Positions 37,676 to 53,846 of a stretch of 64,000 nt of DNA are shown piece after piece; position 1 is the stretch's first letter; every line of letters starts with the position of its first letter. Position numbers and translations under genes: made by a program. The stretch comes from the human T2T-CHM13v2.0 reference genome, Homo sapiens: the NCBI RefSeq assembly GCF_009914755.1, contig NC_060938.1, one strand, 5' to 3'. The notes under the pieces were generated by a model, which was not told where the DNA came from, ran no database searches, and worked only from the letters and a program-made list of their open reading frames with translations.

Positions 37676-40257
37676 CTGTGTGCAGACAATGAGGGTCTCT
37701 TTAGGATAACAACCATTCTCAACACCAGAAAATATGCCATCTTCCTGAAGGCCCTCACCTGAGGGGATGAGGGACGCCGCACACCCCATTCATTCCCCAA
37801 GTCTATGCAGCACTCCGTGTTGACATATGATTGCGTTTTCCTTTACCCAAATAATCTCCACCCAAGTTATAAATAAAATCATGATACCACACTTTCCCAC
37901 AAGTCTGCCTACTTCATTGGTGATGACCGTGCATAGGAAAAAAACCTATTCACTGAGATGGCCCATGCTGGTCCTAAGTCTGACTTCCTGTTGTAAAGAA
38001 CTGCAGTGTCTACGAAGTAAATACACGGCACTCCAATGAGACAATTCTAACAAAAAGCCACTTGATGTATACTCTGGATATTATTTAGTGTAATAAGTAA
38101 TAAATGGTATACAAAGAAAACTCAGTGGGTTCCTGTACATATTTAAAAATATCACCACAATTTTCTAGGACACATTTCTAGCACAGAATGAGGCACAACT
38201 GTTTAGAATATATTCAGAGGCAATGTTGTATATTTCTGCACTGTATTTCAGGAGAAAACAATTTTTATTTCTCAAAGGTCCCTAATAACACCCTCACTGC
38301 CAAGTCCAATAACCCTTTCTTAGGCCTCATCCTCTTTGCTGGCACCTCAGCACAGGGAACCGAGTCAGCAAACCTCAGAAGCCTTTCTGCATTTCTTTTT
38401 TTTTTTATTTAGACAGAGTCTCGTTCTGTTGCCCAGGCTGGAGTGCAGTGGCGCCATCTTGGCTCCTGCAACCTCCACCGCCCAGGTGCAAGCGATTCTC
38501 CTGCCTCAACCTCCTGAGTAGCTGGGATTACAGGCACCTGCCACCATGCCCGGCTAATTTTTGTATTTTTAGTAGAGACGGGGTTTCACCACGTTGGCCA
38601 GGCTGGTCTTGAACTCCTGACCTCAAGTGATCCACCCACCCCTGCCTCTCAAAACGCTGAGATTACAGTTGTGAGCCACCACGCCCGGCCGCCTTTCTGC
38701 TTCTTTTTCCCCTCCCTTTCAAATGCCCCTCAGCTCCTGCTCCAGGGCAGCCAGGCTGCATGTCCTCCCTGTAGGCAGCCACCCCCACCCACTGCCTTCC
38801 AGGGAACTGCCCTGCAACCAGCTACAGGGTGGGACCAAGGTGCCGCTCTCTCCCTGCTGCTGCCCCCAAGATAAGCACACGATGCCTTGGTTCATTTAAG
38901 GGTTTCACTGATAACGACTTTGGGGAAAATAGGAGAGGTCGAAATAAATAGCAGGCAGAAATGAGAGCCTAGAATCGTATAGCTTGCCATTTCAGCCTAT
39001 GGTCCCAAATTCTCCACAGCCTTCACAATGATGAATGGCTAGCACTGGCTTCCAACGCACCTCACCAGGTCTGCACCGTTGACTCACTTTTTACAGAAGC
39101 AAGCAGCCCTCATTCCTCCCAGACACCTGTGCTTCCCAGATGGATTAAGCAATAATAATAGCTAACATTTATGCTCCAGGGACTGTTTTTAGGGCTTTAT
39201 TAAATTGGAAGATACGCCATGGGGTTTCCCACTTGGTCTCCAGTGAGCAATTTACATTTTCCAAGAGCCCCTCAGGCCGGGCGCGGTGGCTCACACCTGT
39301 AATCCCAGCACTTTGGGAGGCTGCGGCGGGCAGATCACGAGGTCAGGAGATCGAGACCATTGGCTAACACAGTGAAACCCTGTCTCTACTAAAAATACAA
39401 AAAATTAGCTGGGTGTGATGGCGGGCACCTGTAGTCCCGGCTACTCAGGAGGCTGAGGCAGGAGAACGGTGTGAACCCCAGAGGCGGAGCTTGCAGTGAG
39501 CCGAGATGGCGCCAGTGCACTCTAGCCTGGGCGACAGAGCGAGACTCTGTCTCAAAAAACAAACAAAAAAACAAAGAGCCCCTCAGACTAGGGGTGCTCT
39601 CAAGTTTACTAGGCCCCACCCTGCCCAGAAGTCAGTATTTTGCAAGGGTGAAAGGAGTAGGACTTTCTACTGCCCCTTGAATTTCTCTGCCAGCAAACTA
39701 ATGGCCACTGCAGTTTTTAGCTCTGAGCACCCTCTTCTCAAGTTTCTCCTTGCACTTCATTTCTTTTCTCCCCTTTTTCTTTTCCTTGGCAAACAGTTCT
39801 ACTCTAGAGCCATCTTTTCCGATTCCTCTCCTAGCGCCACTCCCAAATATCCTCTGGTTACTAAACCCTCAGGCTCATCTCACATATCTGAACCAGTCTC
39901 AAAACTTTAGCTGGCTGGGACTCCTCCCCTCCCACCTCCCACTCTGTCTGGGGTCACCAGGGCTACCTGTTATCATTAAATAAGCCCCCTTTCCATTCTC
40001 AATTTGTCACCCTGGCCCAGGTCCTCACCATATCACCACCACTTTCCCATCTGCCTCCTCTTGCTGGAGAGCTGCCTCTCTCCTCCTGGCACGCACCCAC
40101 TAAAAAAGTTCACAATTTAAATTCCTTCCCTGGGCTCCCTCCTTTACTAAACCAAAGATGCTCTGATTCTGTTCTGTTCAGCTGTGCAGTCTAGGGGACC
40201 TCAGAACTGACTGCCAGGCTAAGTCTCTCATCTTCCCCAGGATCCCCCAAAGGTCCC

Positions 40258-40487
40258 AGTCAGCTTTTTACCACAGCTCACTCCTCCCTTCCTTCTTTCC
40301 CTTTCTCCCTCCCTCCCTTCTTTCCATCCTTTCTTCCTCACTCCTTCCCTTCCTCCTTCCCTCCCTCCCTTCCTTTCTTCCCCAGTCAGCTTTTTCCACA
40401 GCTTGCTCCTTCCTTCGCTCCTCCCTGCTCCCTTCCTTCCTTCCTTCCTTTTTACCACAGCTCCTTCCTTCTTTCCTCCCTCCCTCC
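40258..40487. repeat. (CTTC/CCCT)n polypyrimidine tract with three ttttt(a)ccacagct spacers
   Basis: Direct reading. Confidence 0.9.
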
Positions 40488-41168
40488 AAGGCTCAGCCTG
40501 TTTTCTTCTTTGATGCTGCCTTCTCCAATCCTGGGGTCTTAGTTTTCCCAGGAGACAGGCAGAAGGGACAGAGAGGAGGAAATGTCCAAGTTCCCGGTGG
40601 ACTCCGGTTCTCTGCGTGGAGAAACCCACCTGGCACGGAGCAGGCGCTCAGCTAAGTACAATGAAAAGCGACTGAATGGAAGACTCCTCAAGGGGCCAGT
40701 ATGGAACAATTTTGGTTCCAATGATCAACCTACATTTCTGAGAAGCCACAGAGCAGGAGGAGAGGCCCCTGCGATGTTTCTCCACCCAGTGCCTCTCCCA
40801 CTTCTAGATTAGAGATACATCACCTGCCTGCCAGACCCCAAGCTAGAGACACAGCACACACAACCAACTAGCAAAATAATTCATCCTATTTTGCTTAATG
40901 TCTTTGGGGAATTAAGATTATAAAATTGTTTCCTAATTTTTAGTTTAGCTGAATAATGGATATCTTTTTATTCAAGACCCTGAACCAGGAATACTCATTT
41001 TCTCATGGTGCTGCAGGGAGGTATTCTACCAATTAAGGCAACAAAAGGATCTTTCTAGCTTTGTAAAAGTCACTTTTATAATATATCCTATTTCAAATAT
41101 GTGGGAGTGTGTGCATTGATGGACACAGAAACTGCACAAAGGATAAGCAATGGGCAAAATATTAATAG

Positions 41169-41435
<267 letters not shown>

Positions 41436-41859
41436 TGAACTCAAGTGATCCGCCCACCTCAGCCTCCCAAAGTGCTGGGATTACAGGTGTGAGCCACCAT
41501 GCCTGGTCCTATTTTTATTTTTTTGTAATTTTTCTGTAAGTTTAAATTTGTTTCAAAAAAAAAAAAAAAAGTTTATCTTTTCAGAATAGAATCCTCAGTT
41601 GTGCCGGTCTGAACAGAAACAGGAAATCCCACCCAGGTTCCATGAACAATCTTCTCTACACTTTGATTCTGATGAAGCAGGTGTGAAAAGGGGACTCCTG
41701 AAGTTCTACTTCCTGTCCTCTGGCCATAAACTTAGATGTGACTCACAGCCTAATTGTGTGTGCAATTCTCAATGGAAAACCTGACTCAAGAGTAAGCCTA
41801 CAGAAAACTTCAGACCCGCTACAAAAATTCACCTCCAGTATGAGTGCTTTTTTCCCTCA

Positions 41860-43810
<1,951 letters not shown>

Positions 43811-44786
43811 ATGAAATAATAAATACTGGTTAACTGCATGAGTGTCTACTACTGTGGAGTCAGCCAGGTGTGCACTGAGACCCTGGCTCCACCACTTGTA
43901 CTGGCTCTGTGACCATGGCCATGAGTTACTTGACCATACTAAGCGTCAGTTTCTCCTGTCTATAAAGTAGGAATAATATCCAAGGCAAGTAAAGTGGTTG
44001 GCCTTGTGTCAATAAATAGTGGCCCAATAAATATTAGCTCTTATTAGTAAGGATAAATTTCCTAATTTGAGCCCTTTACAGGTAAGGTACAGAGAGGATG
44101 GTGAGTAAACTCACAGAAACCAACCATCAAAACTGGGATGGATTTCTAATGTTCACGTTTCCATGGCTCATGAACCAATGAATGGGATCAGGGGTGAGAG
44201 GCATGAACTCCCTGTAAAATGGCACAACATTGTAAGTATATGTGCAGTTTCCTGGCGAGTTCACAGCTTTTTATAAAGGAGTCTATGTCCTGGAAATGTT
44301 AACTATCTGAGGTGGGGAGGGGGAGGAAGCATAAGACAATGGTTAAAAGCAGATTATCACTGAAAGTTAACTGCTGCATGGGGGAAGCCAGGCACACGTG
44401 TTAGTGGACGAGGCCTCCCCTAATGCCTTGGGTTTCAGTAGATGGATGATGCGGAAGGGAAACCCAAAAGAACTTTCCCGCCATTTGTCTTTTCTTGAGT
44501 TCTCTTTCAAAAGTGTAAATATATAACCATATCACATCTCTGCAGAAATGTATGGACAGACTGCTAAGAGCAAGGAAAAAAGGGCAAACACCCAGCACAG
44601 GCGTGCATGGATGGAACGAAAGCTAAGGCTCGTACAGTACATGCTTTCATGGGCTGAGAGAATAAAAAGATCTCACACACCAGCCCTGGTTGGTATTTTT
44701 TGTTTAACTGTTTTTAAGCTCATTGATTTCAAACCAGTTCATCCCCTACACCTCTAATACCTTTTATCTCCAACAAATGGTGATCA

Positions 44787-45210
<424 letters not shown>

Positions 45211-45568
45211 TTATAAAGGGGTCTATGTCCAGGAAGGGCTGGAGAAGAAATAGACGCAGATCCAAAGACATGGCCTTTGGACTTCAGGAAAAGCACAAAA
45301 AGGCACTACTCCAGGAACATGTGGGTTCTTCAACTGCGCTTCAGGTATTAAAAATGATTGATATTAATTTTTTCTAAGACATGATTACAAAAAAAACCCA
45401 TAAAAGTTCAAATATAATTACCTTTGTTTCTTTCTGTATTGGACTCCACTATTTTTGTCCGGTTTGAGGAGTTTGGGATTAGGGAACACGACTCTACTAT
45501 GCCAACATACAACTCCTCTAACAGGATTCACAAAAACACTTAGAGAAAAGCAACAAATATCTTCTTAC

Positions 45569-45654
45569 CTGCCTAGGTGTTCAGAGCTTGGACTGACCAG
45601 GTACATTAGATTCCTGAGGGTATGCAGTGGTTGTAATTGATCTAAATTTACATG
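45569..45654 (-). CDS. ATG14: ATG14 exon 9 (86 bp; HVNLDQLQPLHTLRNLMYLVSPSSEHLG)
   Basis: tttttag|CATGTA...GCAG|gtaaga; separated from exon 8 by a 79-bp intron. Confidence 0.94.
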
Positions 45655-45733
45655 CTAAAAAAAATTAAAGAATTGGTTAATATTTTCAACTATTTAACAA
45701 AGTAAAAATTAGTTCACAACCTATTTTTCATAC

Positions 45734-45824
45734 CTGAGAAAAACAAAGGTAAAGAATATTTGCATTCAGTTTCTTCACTGCTCGAGTAAATTTCTGCTTG
45801 CTTAGATTTTCGCCACAAAATTCA
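45734..45824 (-). CDS. ATG14: ATG14 exon 8 (91 bp; [30 protein letters not shown])
   Basis: ttttacag|TGAATT...TCAG|gtatga. Confidence 0.94.
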
Positions 45825-47120
45825 CTGTAAAACAAACATACAATTTATAAAGTTGCATTTTTTGAGGAAATTCTATGTTAAAATTTCCATTTACAGTACA
45901 ATTAGGTATAACACATACTCTGTGCCCTTTTACTCCTTAGTAAATTGCACTTAAAGACTTTCTAAGAATACACCATTCCCCTCAGAGAACAATTATACTG
46001 CATCTATACAAATTACAAATGCACATACCCTTTGACCAAGCAATTCCACGTCAGGACATTTATTCTACACAAATATCTGCACACTAATGAAATGAAAAAT
46101 GTACAAGATTATTTCTTGAAGCATCAACAGCAGACTGGTAAGATCTTGACACCTTTACAGAAAGGCAAACTATACAACTGTCATCTGCTTTATGCAGAAT
46201 GGCAGTCAAAGGCTTATAACGGCCCTATGAGGCCCACAAGATTTGCACCCCATCTTCCTCTCTGCCCTCGTTATTCTATCCAGGACTTTGCAACTGCCAT
46301 TCTTTTTACCCACAGCCTCTTTCCTTAGGGGTCCACACAGCTTGCTTGCTGCCTCCCTCCCTTCCTCCCTCCCTCCCTCAGTTCCCCTATGATCACACAC
46401 CTGCCCACTCAAACACAGCAAGCCCCTCTCTCACCACATTCCCTCTTACCTTTTTTGTTTGTTTTTTAGGCAGGGTCTCACTCTGTCACCCAGGCTGGGG
46501 TGCACTGGCATGATCATAGCTCACTACAGCCTGCAGCCTCAATCTCCTGGGCTCAAGCGATCCTCCCACCTCACTCTCCCAAGTAGCTGGGACTATAGGT
46601 GTGTGTCACCACATCCAGCTAATTTTTTTTTATTTTTAGTAGCGACAAGGTCTCACTATGTTTCCCAGGCTGGTCTCTAACTCCTGAGCTCAAGTGATCC
46701 TCCTGCCTCAGCTTCCCAAAGTGCTGGGATTACAGGCAGGCATGAGCCACCATACCTGGCCCTCTCATCCTGTTTTAACGTTCTCCACAGCACTTACTGC
46801 CATGTGACATGCTGTTGATTTGTTTACTATTTATGCTGGGCCCTCCATGAAAATGTGAGCTCCAAGAGGGCAAGGATTATTTTTTTGTCACCAATGTACC
46901 CTCCAGTGTTGGCACACAGTAGGTACTTCATAAATATGTGTTACATAACTAAAAATTTTAAAAGCAAAGTGTAAACAGTGTTTATTTAAAGGGGGAAGAT
47001 GATGGCCGGGTGCAGTGGTTCATGCCTGTAATCCCAGCACTGTGGGAGGCAGAGGAGGGCGGATCGCTTGAGCCCAGGAGTTCAAGACCAGCCTGGGCAA
47101 CATAGGGAGACCCTGTCTCA

Positions 47121-47384
<264 letters not shown>

Positions 47385-47795
47385 TTATATATGCTTGAAA
47401 TGCAATGATAGTTGGAGGGTAGTAGGAAGATTGTAGTGCAAACTGGGTAGGCTGTATATCTTTAAATTTTCTGAATTTTATTTATTTTTGAGACGAAGTC
47501 TCATTCCGTCACTCAGGCTGGAGTGCAGTGGTGTGATCTCAGCATCACTGCAACCTCCAGCTCCCGGATTCAAGCGATTCTTCTGCCTCAGCCTCCAAAT
47601 AGCTGGGATACAGGCGCAGGCCACCATGCCCAGCTAGTTTTTGTATAAATGTTTTGAATTTTAAACCATGTGAGTTTTTTATTAAAAAACAACAACAACA
47701 AACAAAAAGAATTCAGGGCAGGGCACAGTGGCTCACCTGTAATCCCAGCACTTTGGGAGACCGAGGCAGGTGAATCACTTGAGGTCAGGAGTTCA

Positions 47796-48026
<231 letters not shown>

Positions 48027-48322
48027 TCAAAGAATTCAACGGCTGCGATTTAACATATGAGGATCTGCAGCAAACCCTCTGAACATCCTGATACTCCCCT
48101 TTATATTCTCTGTGGTCTTCTGGAAGACTTCACGTACAACTGTAAGATAATGAAACGAATCTGCACATAAGGCTTTTGAAATTAATCTCAATATTTCAAT
48201 CCGACCTTCTCTGTCTTGGTAATACTTACATTCTTATTTTTGGTTTATTGGAATAAATAAAGACAAAATAGAAACTTGAAAGAGCCATGATAAAGATGAC
48301 ATTACCACCTTCAATTACTTGC

Positions 48323-48440
48323 CTGTTGCAGAGCTTTTTGGGAAGATTTACATCAAGTATATGAGACAGAATGTTGACCAGCTGAGTTGCATAGCACAGC
48401 GCAGCACTGATGGTGTAGGCAGGGTTACTCTGCTCCATGT
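48323..48440 (-). CDS. ATG14: ATG14 exon 7 (118 bp; [17 protein letters not shown]...PKKLCN), ending at a GC donor
   Basis: ctgcag|ACATGG...AACAG|gcaagt; the GC boundary gives the in-frame LCNSEFCG junction with exon 8. Confidence 0.93.
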
Positions 48441-48609
48441 CTGCAGTAAGAAAACAACCACCATGTACAAAACCTTAATTCCAACAAAACTACTAATAAT
48501 CCACGAGTTTATCATTTATGATTTTATCATGATAGCACTGTTACGTTTTAGTGCTTCCTTAATAGATGCTCCATGACCAGACATAAATGGTCCATTCTTT
48601 GTGTGTATA

Positions 48610-48642
<33 letters not shown>

Positions 48643-49244
48643 GCTGAGAGCAATGTAACAGAGCAAATGGGCCTAAATAGACCCAACATAAATGAAATTA
48701 AAGTCTGACCTGTGTGAACCTGATAACGTAATATCAAAACAATAAATGCCCAACTTGAATGTCACCTCTCCAGAGAGGGCTCTCCTGACAACCCTACGGA
48801 AGAGTCATCCCTTCCTCTGTACCCCATCCTGCCCCAGGATGCTCCCCTAGTTCCTTCCATGGCACCCACTCAATGTACAGCATCTCGATCATTTACTTGC
48901 TTCCTACCTTTCTCCCCTGAGAAGGGCAAAGGGCCACCTCTGTCTTGGTCACCTTTGTATCTCCAGCACCCAGCAATGTGCATGACACAAAGCATGAGCT
49001 CACTAAATATTTACTGAGTGACGAAATGAACAAAGAATCTTTCTCCACCAAAGAGAAACTGCAGGGGTTTTAAAGGGTTTTCCCATTGGGGCCTTTCAGT
49101 CTCCATTTAGGACTACTAAAACACATTACAAAGTTATACACTATAAATATGGGTCTAAACGGGTTAAATATACTTCTTTAAATAACGTCCTCTTACATAA
49201 ACAAGACAATATTAACCCCCAAAAGGTGAGACATCTAAAAAATG

Positions 49245-49670
49245 TTTTCAGTCCATCAAGTGATGAATGAATAAATAAAATGTGTCTTATCCATATGATG
49301 GAATATTACTCAACCATAAAAACGAATGAAACACTAATATATACTATCATGTGGATGAATCTTGAAAACATTACGCTAAGTGAAAGAAGTCTGACACAAA
49401 AAGCTATATGTTCTGTGATTCCATTTATATAAGCTGCCCAGAACAGGCAAATCTATAGACACAGAAAGCAATGTGTGGTTGCCAGGAGCTGAGGGGAAGG
49501 GAGAGTGGGGAAATGTGACACTTTCATGCCATGGGGTTTCTGTCTGGGGTGATCAAAATGTTTTGAAATGACATGGAGGTGATGGGAGCACAGTGCTGTG
49601 AATGTACTAAATGCCCCTGAATGGTTCACTTGAAAGCTCTTCATTTTGTTATGTCAATTTTACCTATAAC
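49245..49670 (+). mobile_element. Old L1M (L1MB/ME-like) 3' fragment
   Basis: gatgaatgaataaataaaatgtg...ggaatattactca...gatgaatcttgaaaacatta. Confidence 0.75.
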
Positions 49671-49711
49671 TCTCTCTATATATAGATTTCAAAGGATATG
49701 CTGCTTCTCAC

Positions 49712-49941
49712 CAGGCCCCTGGGTTGTTTTCTTCTCCTCCACCCAGCTGTAGTAGGCAGAGTAGTCCCCATTGTTAGGGAGGCTAATCCAAGGCCCTGTA
49801 ATGCTAATGCTGGTGTCTCCGTTGTGATCGTCACAGACCCATCGTCCTGAGAGGTAAGTTGTCCTCCGGGCTTCAGCAAGCTTGCTCACAGTGCTGGAGG
49901 TCATGGCACTGTCACTCTCTGAAGACACATCTGCGGGGTCT
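49712..49941 (-). CDS. ATG14: ATG14 exon 6 (230 bp; [11 protein letters not shown]...EEKKTTQGP)
   Basis: ttgtag|AGACCC...CCTG|gtgaga; within ORF 49689..49973. Confidence 0.95.
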
Positions 49942-50524
49942 CTACAAGTAGGAAGACACACACGGATTTTCAAGAGAGAGGGTTTTTAAGGGCATGCAAT
50001 ATAACTGCAAGACATGCTAGAACATCGAAAAGCTGCCTATGAGCACAGAAATTTTACATTAAATTTTTATTTTTTATTTTAGAGATGGGTGTCACTCTGT
50101 TATCCAACATGGAGCGCAGTGACAGATGTAATCATAGCTCACTGAAGCCTTGACTCCTAGACTCCAGAGATACTCCTGCCTCAGCCTCCTAAGTAGCTGG
50201 GACTACAGGTACCTACCTACCACCACACCTGGTTAACTTAAAAAATTTTTTTTTGTAGAGATGGGGTCTCACTTTGTTGCCCAGGCTGGTCTTGAACTCC
50301 TGGCCTCAAACAATCCTCTGAAAGTACTGAGATTATAATCATGAGCTACCGTGACCAGCCAAAGTGCAAATATTTCAGTTGTGAGCCACCATGCCTGGCC
50401 AGGAATTTAACTGAAATATACGTAGATAAGAGCTTGCTATCAGAGAGGAAGATCAAACCAGCTGTGGCACAGAAGCCCACACAATGTGAGGAAGACGGAA
50501 CCATGAGGTAGGGCTGAACATATA

Positions 50525-50995
50525 AGGTTCTCAAACTACTTGGTCTCAACACCTCTCTACGTGTTTAAAACACTTTGGAATTCCAAAGAACTTTTGTTTA
50601 TATGGGTTAGATTACTGATACTGAATTAGAAATACTGAGAAAAATATAAATAATTCATTCAAAAATACCAATAAACCTATTATACATTTTTATGAAAAAA
50701 CTTTCAAAACAAAAAATTAGTAAAGAGTGACACTGTTTTACATTTTTTAAACTCTCTTTAATACTCAAGTCTTTCTGTTGTTCTTTCAAGTAAAAATAGC
50801 ATCCCACAAAAAGAGCAGCTAGTTCAGCGTGCAGCTCAGTCTCTCAAGTGCTTTTCCTTGAGCCAGCAATGGTACTTCAGTGTGCAGCACAAGGGCCTTA
50901 CGCACGCGTCCCATGCCATCATATGCCACAGCCAGCCCTGTATTCACAGGTTCCATGTCTTGAACTAACCGAGGACTGAAAATATTCGGGGGAAA
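50525..50995. mobile_element. Charlie1-like fragment followed by a Tigger3-like fragment
   Basis: ggttctcaaact...ccaaagaacttttgtttatatggg...gcagctcagtctctcaagtgcttttcctt. Confidence 0.55.
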
Positions 50996-51023
50996 AAAAG
51001 AAAGAAAATAAACAACAGGGCTA

Positions 51024-51377
<354 letters not shown>

Positions 51378-53608
51378 TCATGATGACTCATGCCTGTAAT
51401 TCCAGCACTTTGGAAGGTCAAGGCAGGTGGACTGCTTGAGCTCACGAATGGTGCTATAATCATACCATTGCACTCCAGCCTGGGCAACAGAATGAGACTC
51501 CCTCTCAAATCAAAAAACAAAAAAAAACCCACCATGAGAAGTCACAGCAGGTACAAATGCAGTGAGGGGGAAGAACATAGCATGCTTGGGGAACAGAGAT
51601 GGTCAGTGTGGCTGGTGTGTGGGATGCACAAGGGAAGTGCCAGGCGACAGTACTGGGAAAGCAGGTAGGAAGCAGGCAGTCTGGGAAGGGCCTTCTGTGC
51701 TGCACCAAGTTTAGATTCTGTCCTCTTGGCCAGTGGTTCTTCGTATCTTTCCTTCTGCCACAACATACGTATAAGATAGCTGCTACTGCCTGCCACAGAT
51801 AAGACTGTGGCCAGTTCTGAGCTGTACTGCTGCGTCTCCCTTCTCCCACAAGAAGTTGAGAGAAAGGCAAACAAGAAACCTTATTAGAAGGGTAACTTTA
51901 AAACCACCAGCTTCTTTTTAAAAAATTAATGGCATATAATAACATACACTAAATAAAAGATTAAAACAGCACAGAAATAGTTTTTCTTCATATTTTCTCC
52001 TCGTGTGTGTATTTTCTTTTTGAAAAAAGTCAGCCTTACAGAAAAGCTGCAAGAATTTTAAAGTTTCCCTGTATACACTTCACTCAACTTCCCCAAAGTA
52101 TCAATTCAGGAAAATATTATACAATAATCACAACCAGATAATCAGCACTGCTACAACACTATTAACTAATTTACAGACCTTATTCACCTCTCTCCAACTG
52201 TCCTGCTAATATCTCTTTTGGGGTTCAGGACTCAAGATCACACATTGCACTCAGCTGTCAGTCTCCTAAAAACTTTCTATTTTGCTCTATTTTGAATCTG
52301 CCTTTTTATTTTTCTATTTGCCAACTCTTACTAATGACAAAATACTTAGAGTCAAGAGAGCAGCTTCTCAAGCTGGAAGTAGCAATCAGTCTTTTTGGTT
52401 TTTAGGAAGCCAACTCTGGCAACAGACTAAAAGACAGACTGAAGAGAATAGTTATGAAACTAGCAATAGTCCAGTGAACGTCAGTTTCCAGGAAAAGGTG
52501 CTGGAGAGTGAGAGCAGCCAGAAGAGACAGGAAAATCCTCAATTAGAGCAGCCTGGTGGCTTGTGGGAATAAACGGAAGCCTTCGGTAGTAGTTTCCAAA
52601 TCTGCTGATCAGCAGCAGCATCAGGGAAGTTTAAAGATATAGAAATATTACAAGATGGACTGGGAGGTTGGAGGGGTGCCCTCTGGAACCTCTATTTCTC
52701 AGATGAACAGCCAGATGGGGGAACCACTGTCCTGTCTGTCCCACCAGGGGTTATCCATGCACTACCGCCTAAGACCGAAGTCACGGTATTCAGTGCTTGA
52801 TAACAGTTATCTTAGCAGCGGTCACCAGGAAAAGGCTAAGCCAACATGTAGTGCCCACCATCTAAGAGACCCCAAGCTCTAGATGTTTTCTTATGTATTT
52901 GTCATGATTTCTCTGTGAAAAAGGCATTTTTAAATCCCCATTTATCAGACAAGGAAATCAAGATTTTGAGGTCCAAGAACATGCCTCACAACACACAACT
53001 AATAAATGGCCCAATACCACCCATCAGATGGTTCTCTGGTTTTTTTTTGTTTGTTTCTTTGAGACAGAGTCTCGCTCTGTCACCCAGGCTGGAGTGCAGT
53101 GACACAATCTTGGCTCACTGCGACCTCGGCCTCCTGGGTTCAAGCAATTCTCCTGCCTCAGCCACCTGAGTAGCTGGGACTACAGGCACGCGCCACCACG
53201 CCTGGCTAATTTTTGTATTTTTAGTAGAGACAGGGTTTTGCCATGTTGGCCAGGTTGGTCTCAAACTCCTGACCTCAGGTGATTCGCCTGCCTCGGCCTC
53301 CCAAAGTGCTGGGATTATAGGCGTGAGCCACCACTCCCAGCCATCAGATGGTTCTTAATCAGGAGTGTGAGTCAGCACCTCATCTAGAAGCTCTAGGACA
53401 GTACACAAGTGTGGGCCCCACCCCTCACCTCGCTGCCTCCCCAGCTTTCTGCGGTGCGTACTGTTTGTTGAAACAGATAAGACTTATGTTCCATCACCAG
53501 GAAAACCAATGACCCTAGAATAAGACCCAATAAATAAGGTAATGACATACTTTAAAAAGTATTTGGAACTTGATCTATTCCTGGAGTCAAAAGACTTGCT
53601 TAATGTAC

Positions 53609-53846
53609 CTCACACCCGTCTTTACTTCCTCGATTGGAAAAATGACAGAGGTGAGCTCTAATATATGGGATCGTCGAAGATTTGCCAGACGCTCATAATG
53701 ACTTCTTAAGTCAATGGTCTTTTTTTCTACCAGGTCACCAAGTTTGCGATTATGCCTCTGAATCTTCTCCTTTTTCTCTTGGTGCCGTTGTGCTCGACTG
53801 TAAAGCTTCTGATTCTTTTCCTTGGTTTTGAGAAGGCCTTCAGAAT
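53609..53846 (-). CDS. ATG14: ATG14 exon 5 (238 bp; [18 protein letters not shown]...VKTGVR)
   Basis: ttttag|ATTCTG...GTGAG|gtacat; within ORF 53587..53913. Confidence 0.95.

Noticed and set aside
37676-37800. N-terminal part of the 143-aa ORF 37369..37800
   Set aside because: Intronic; the real exon starts at the cacag acceptor (37675)
40228-40629. 133-aa G/R/E/K-rich ORF
   Set aside because: Translation of a simple repeat
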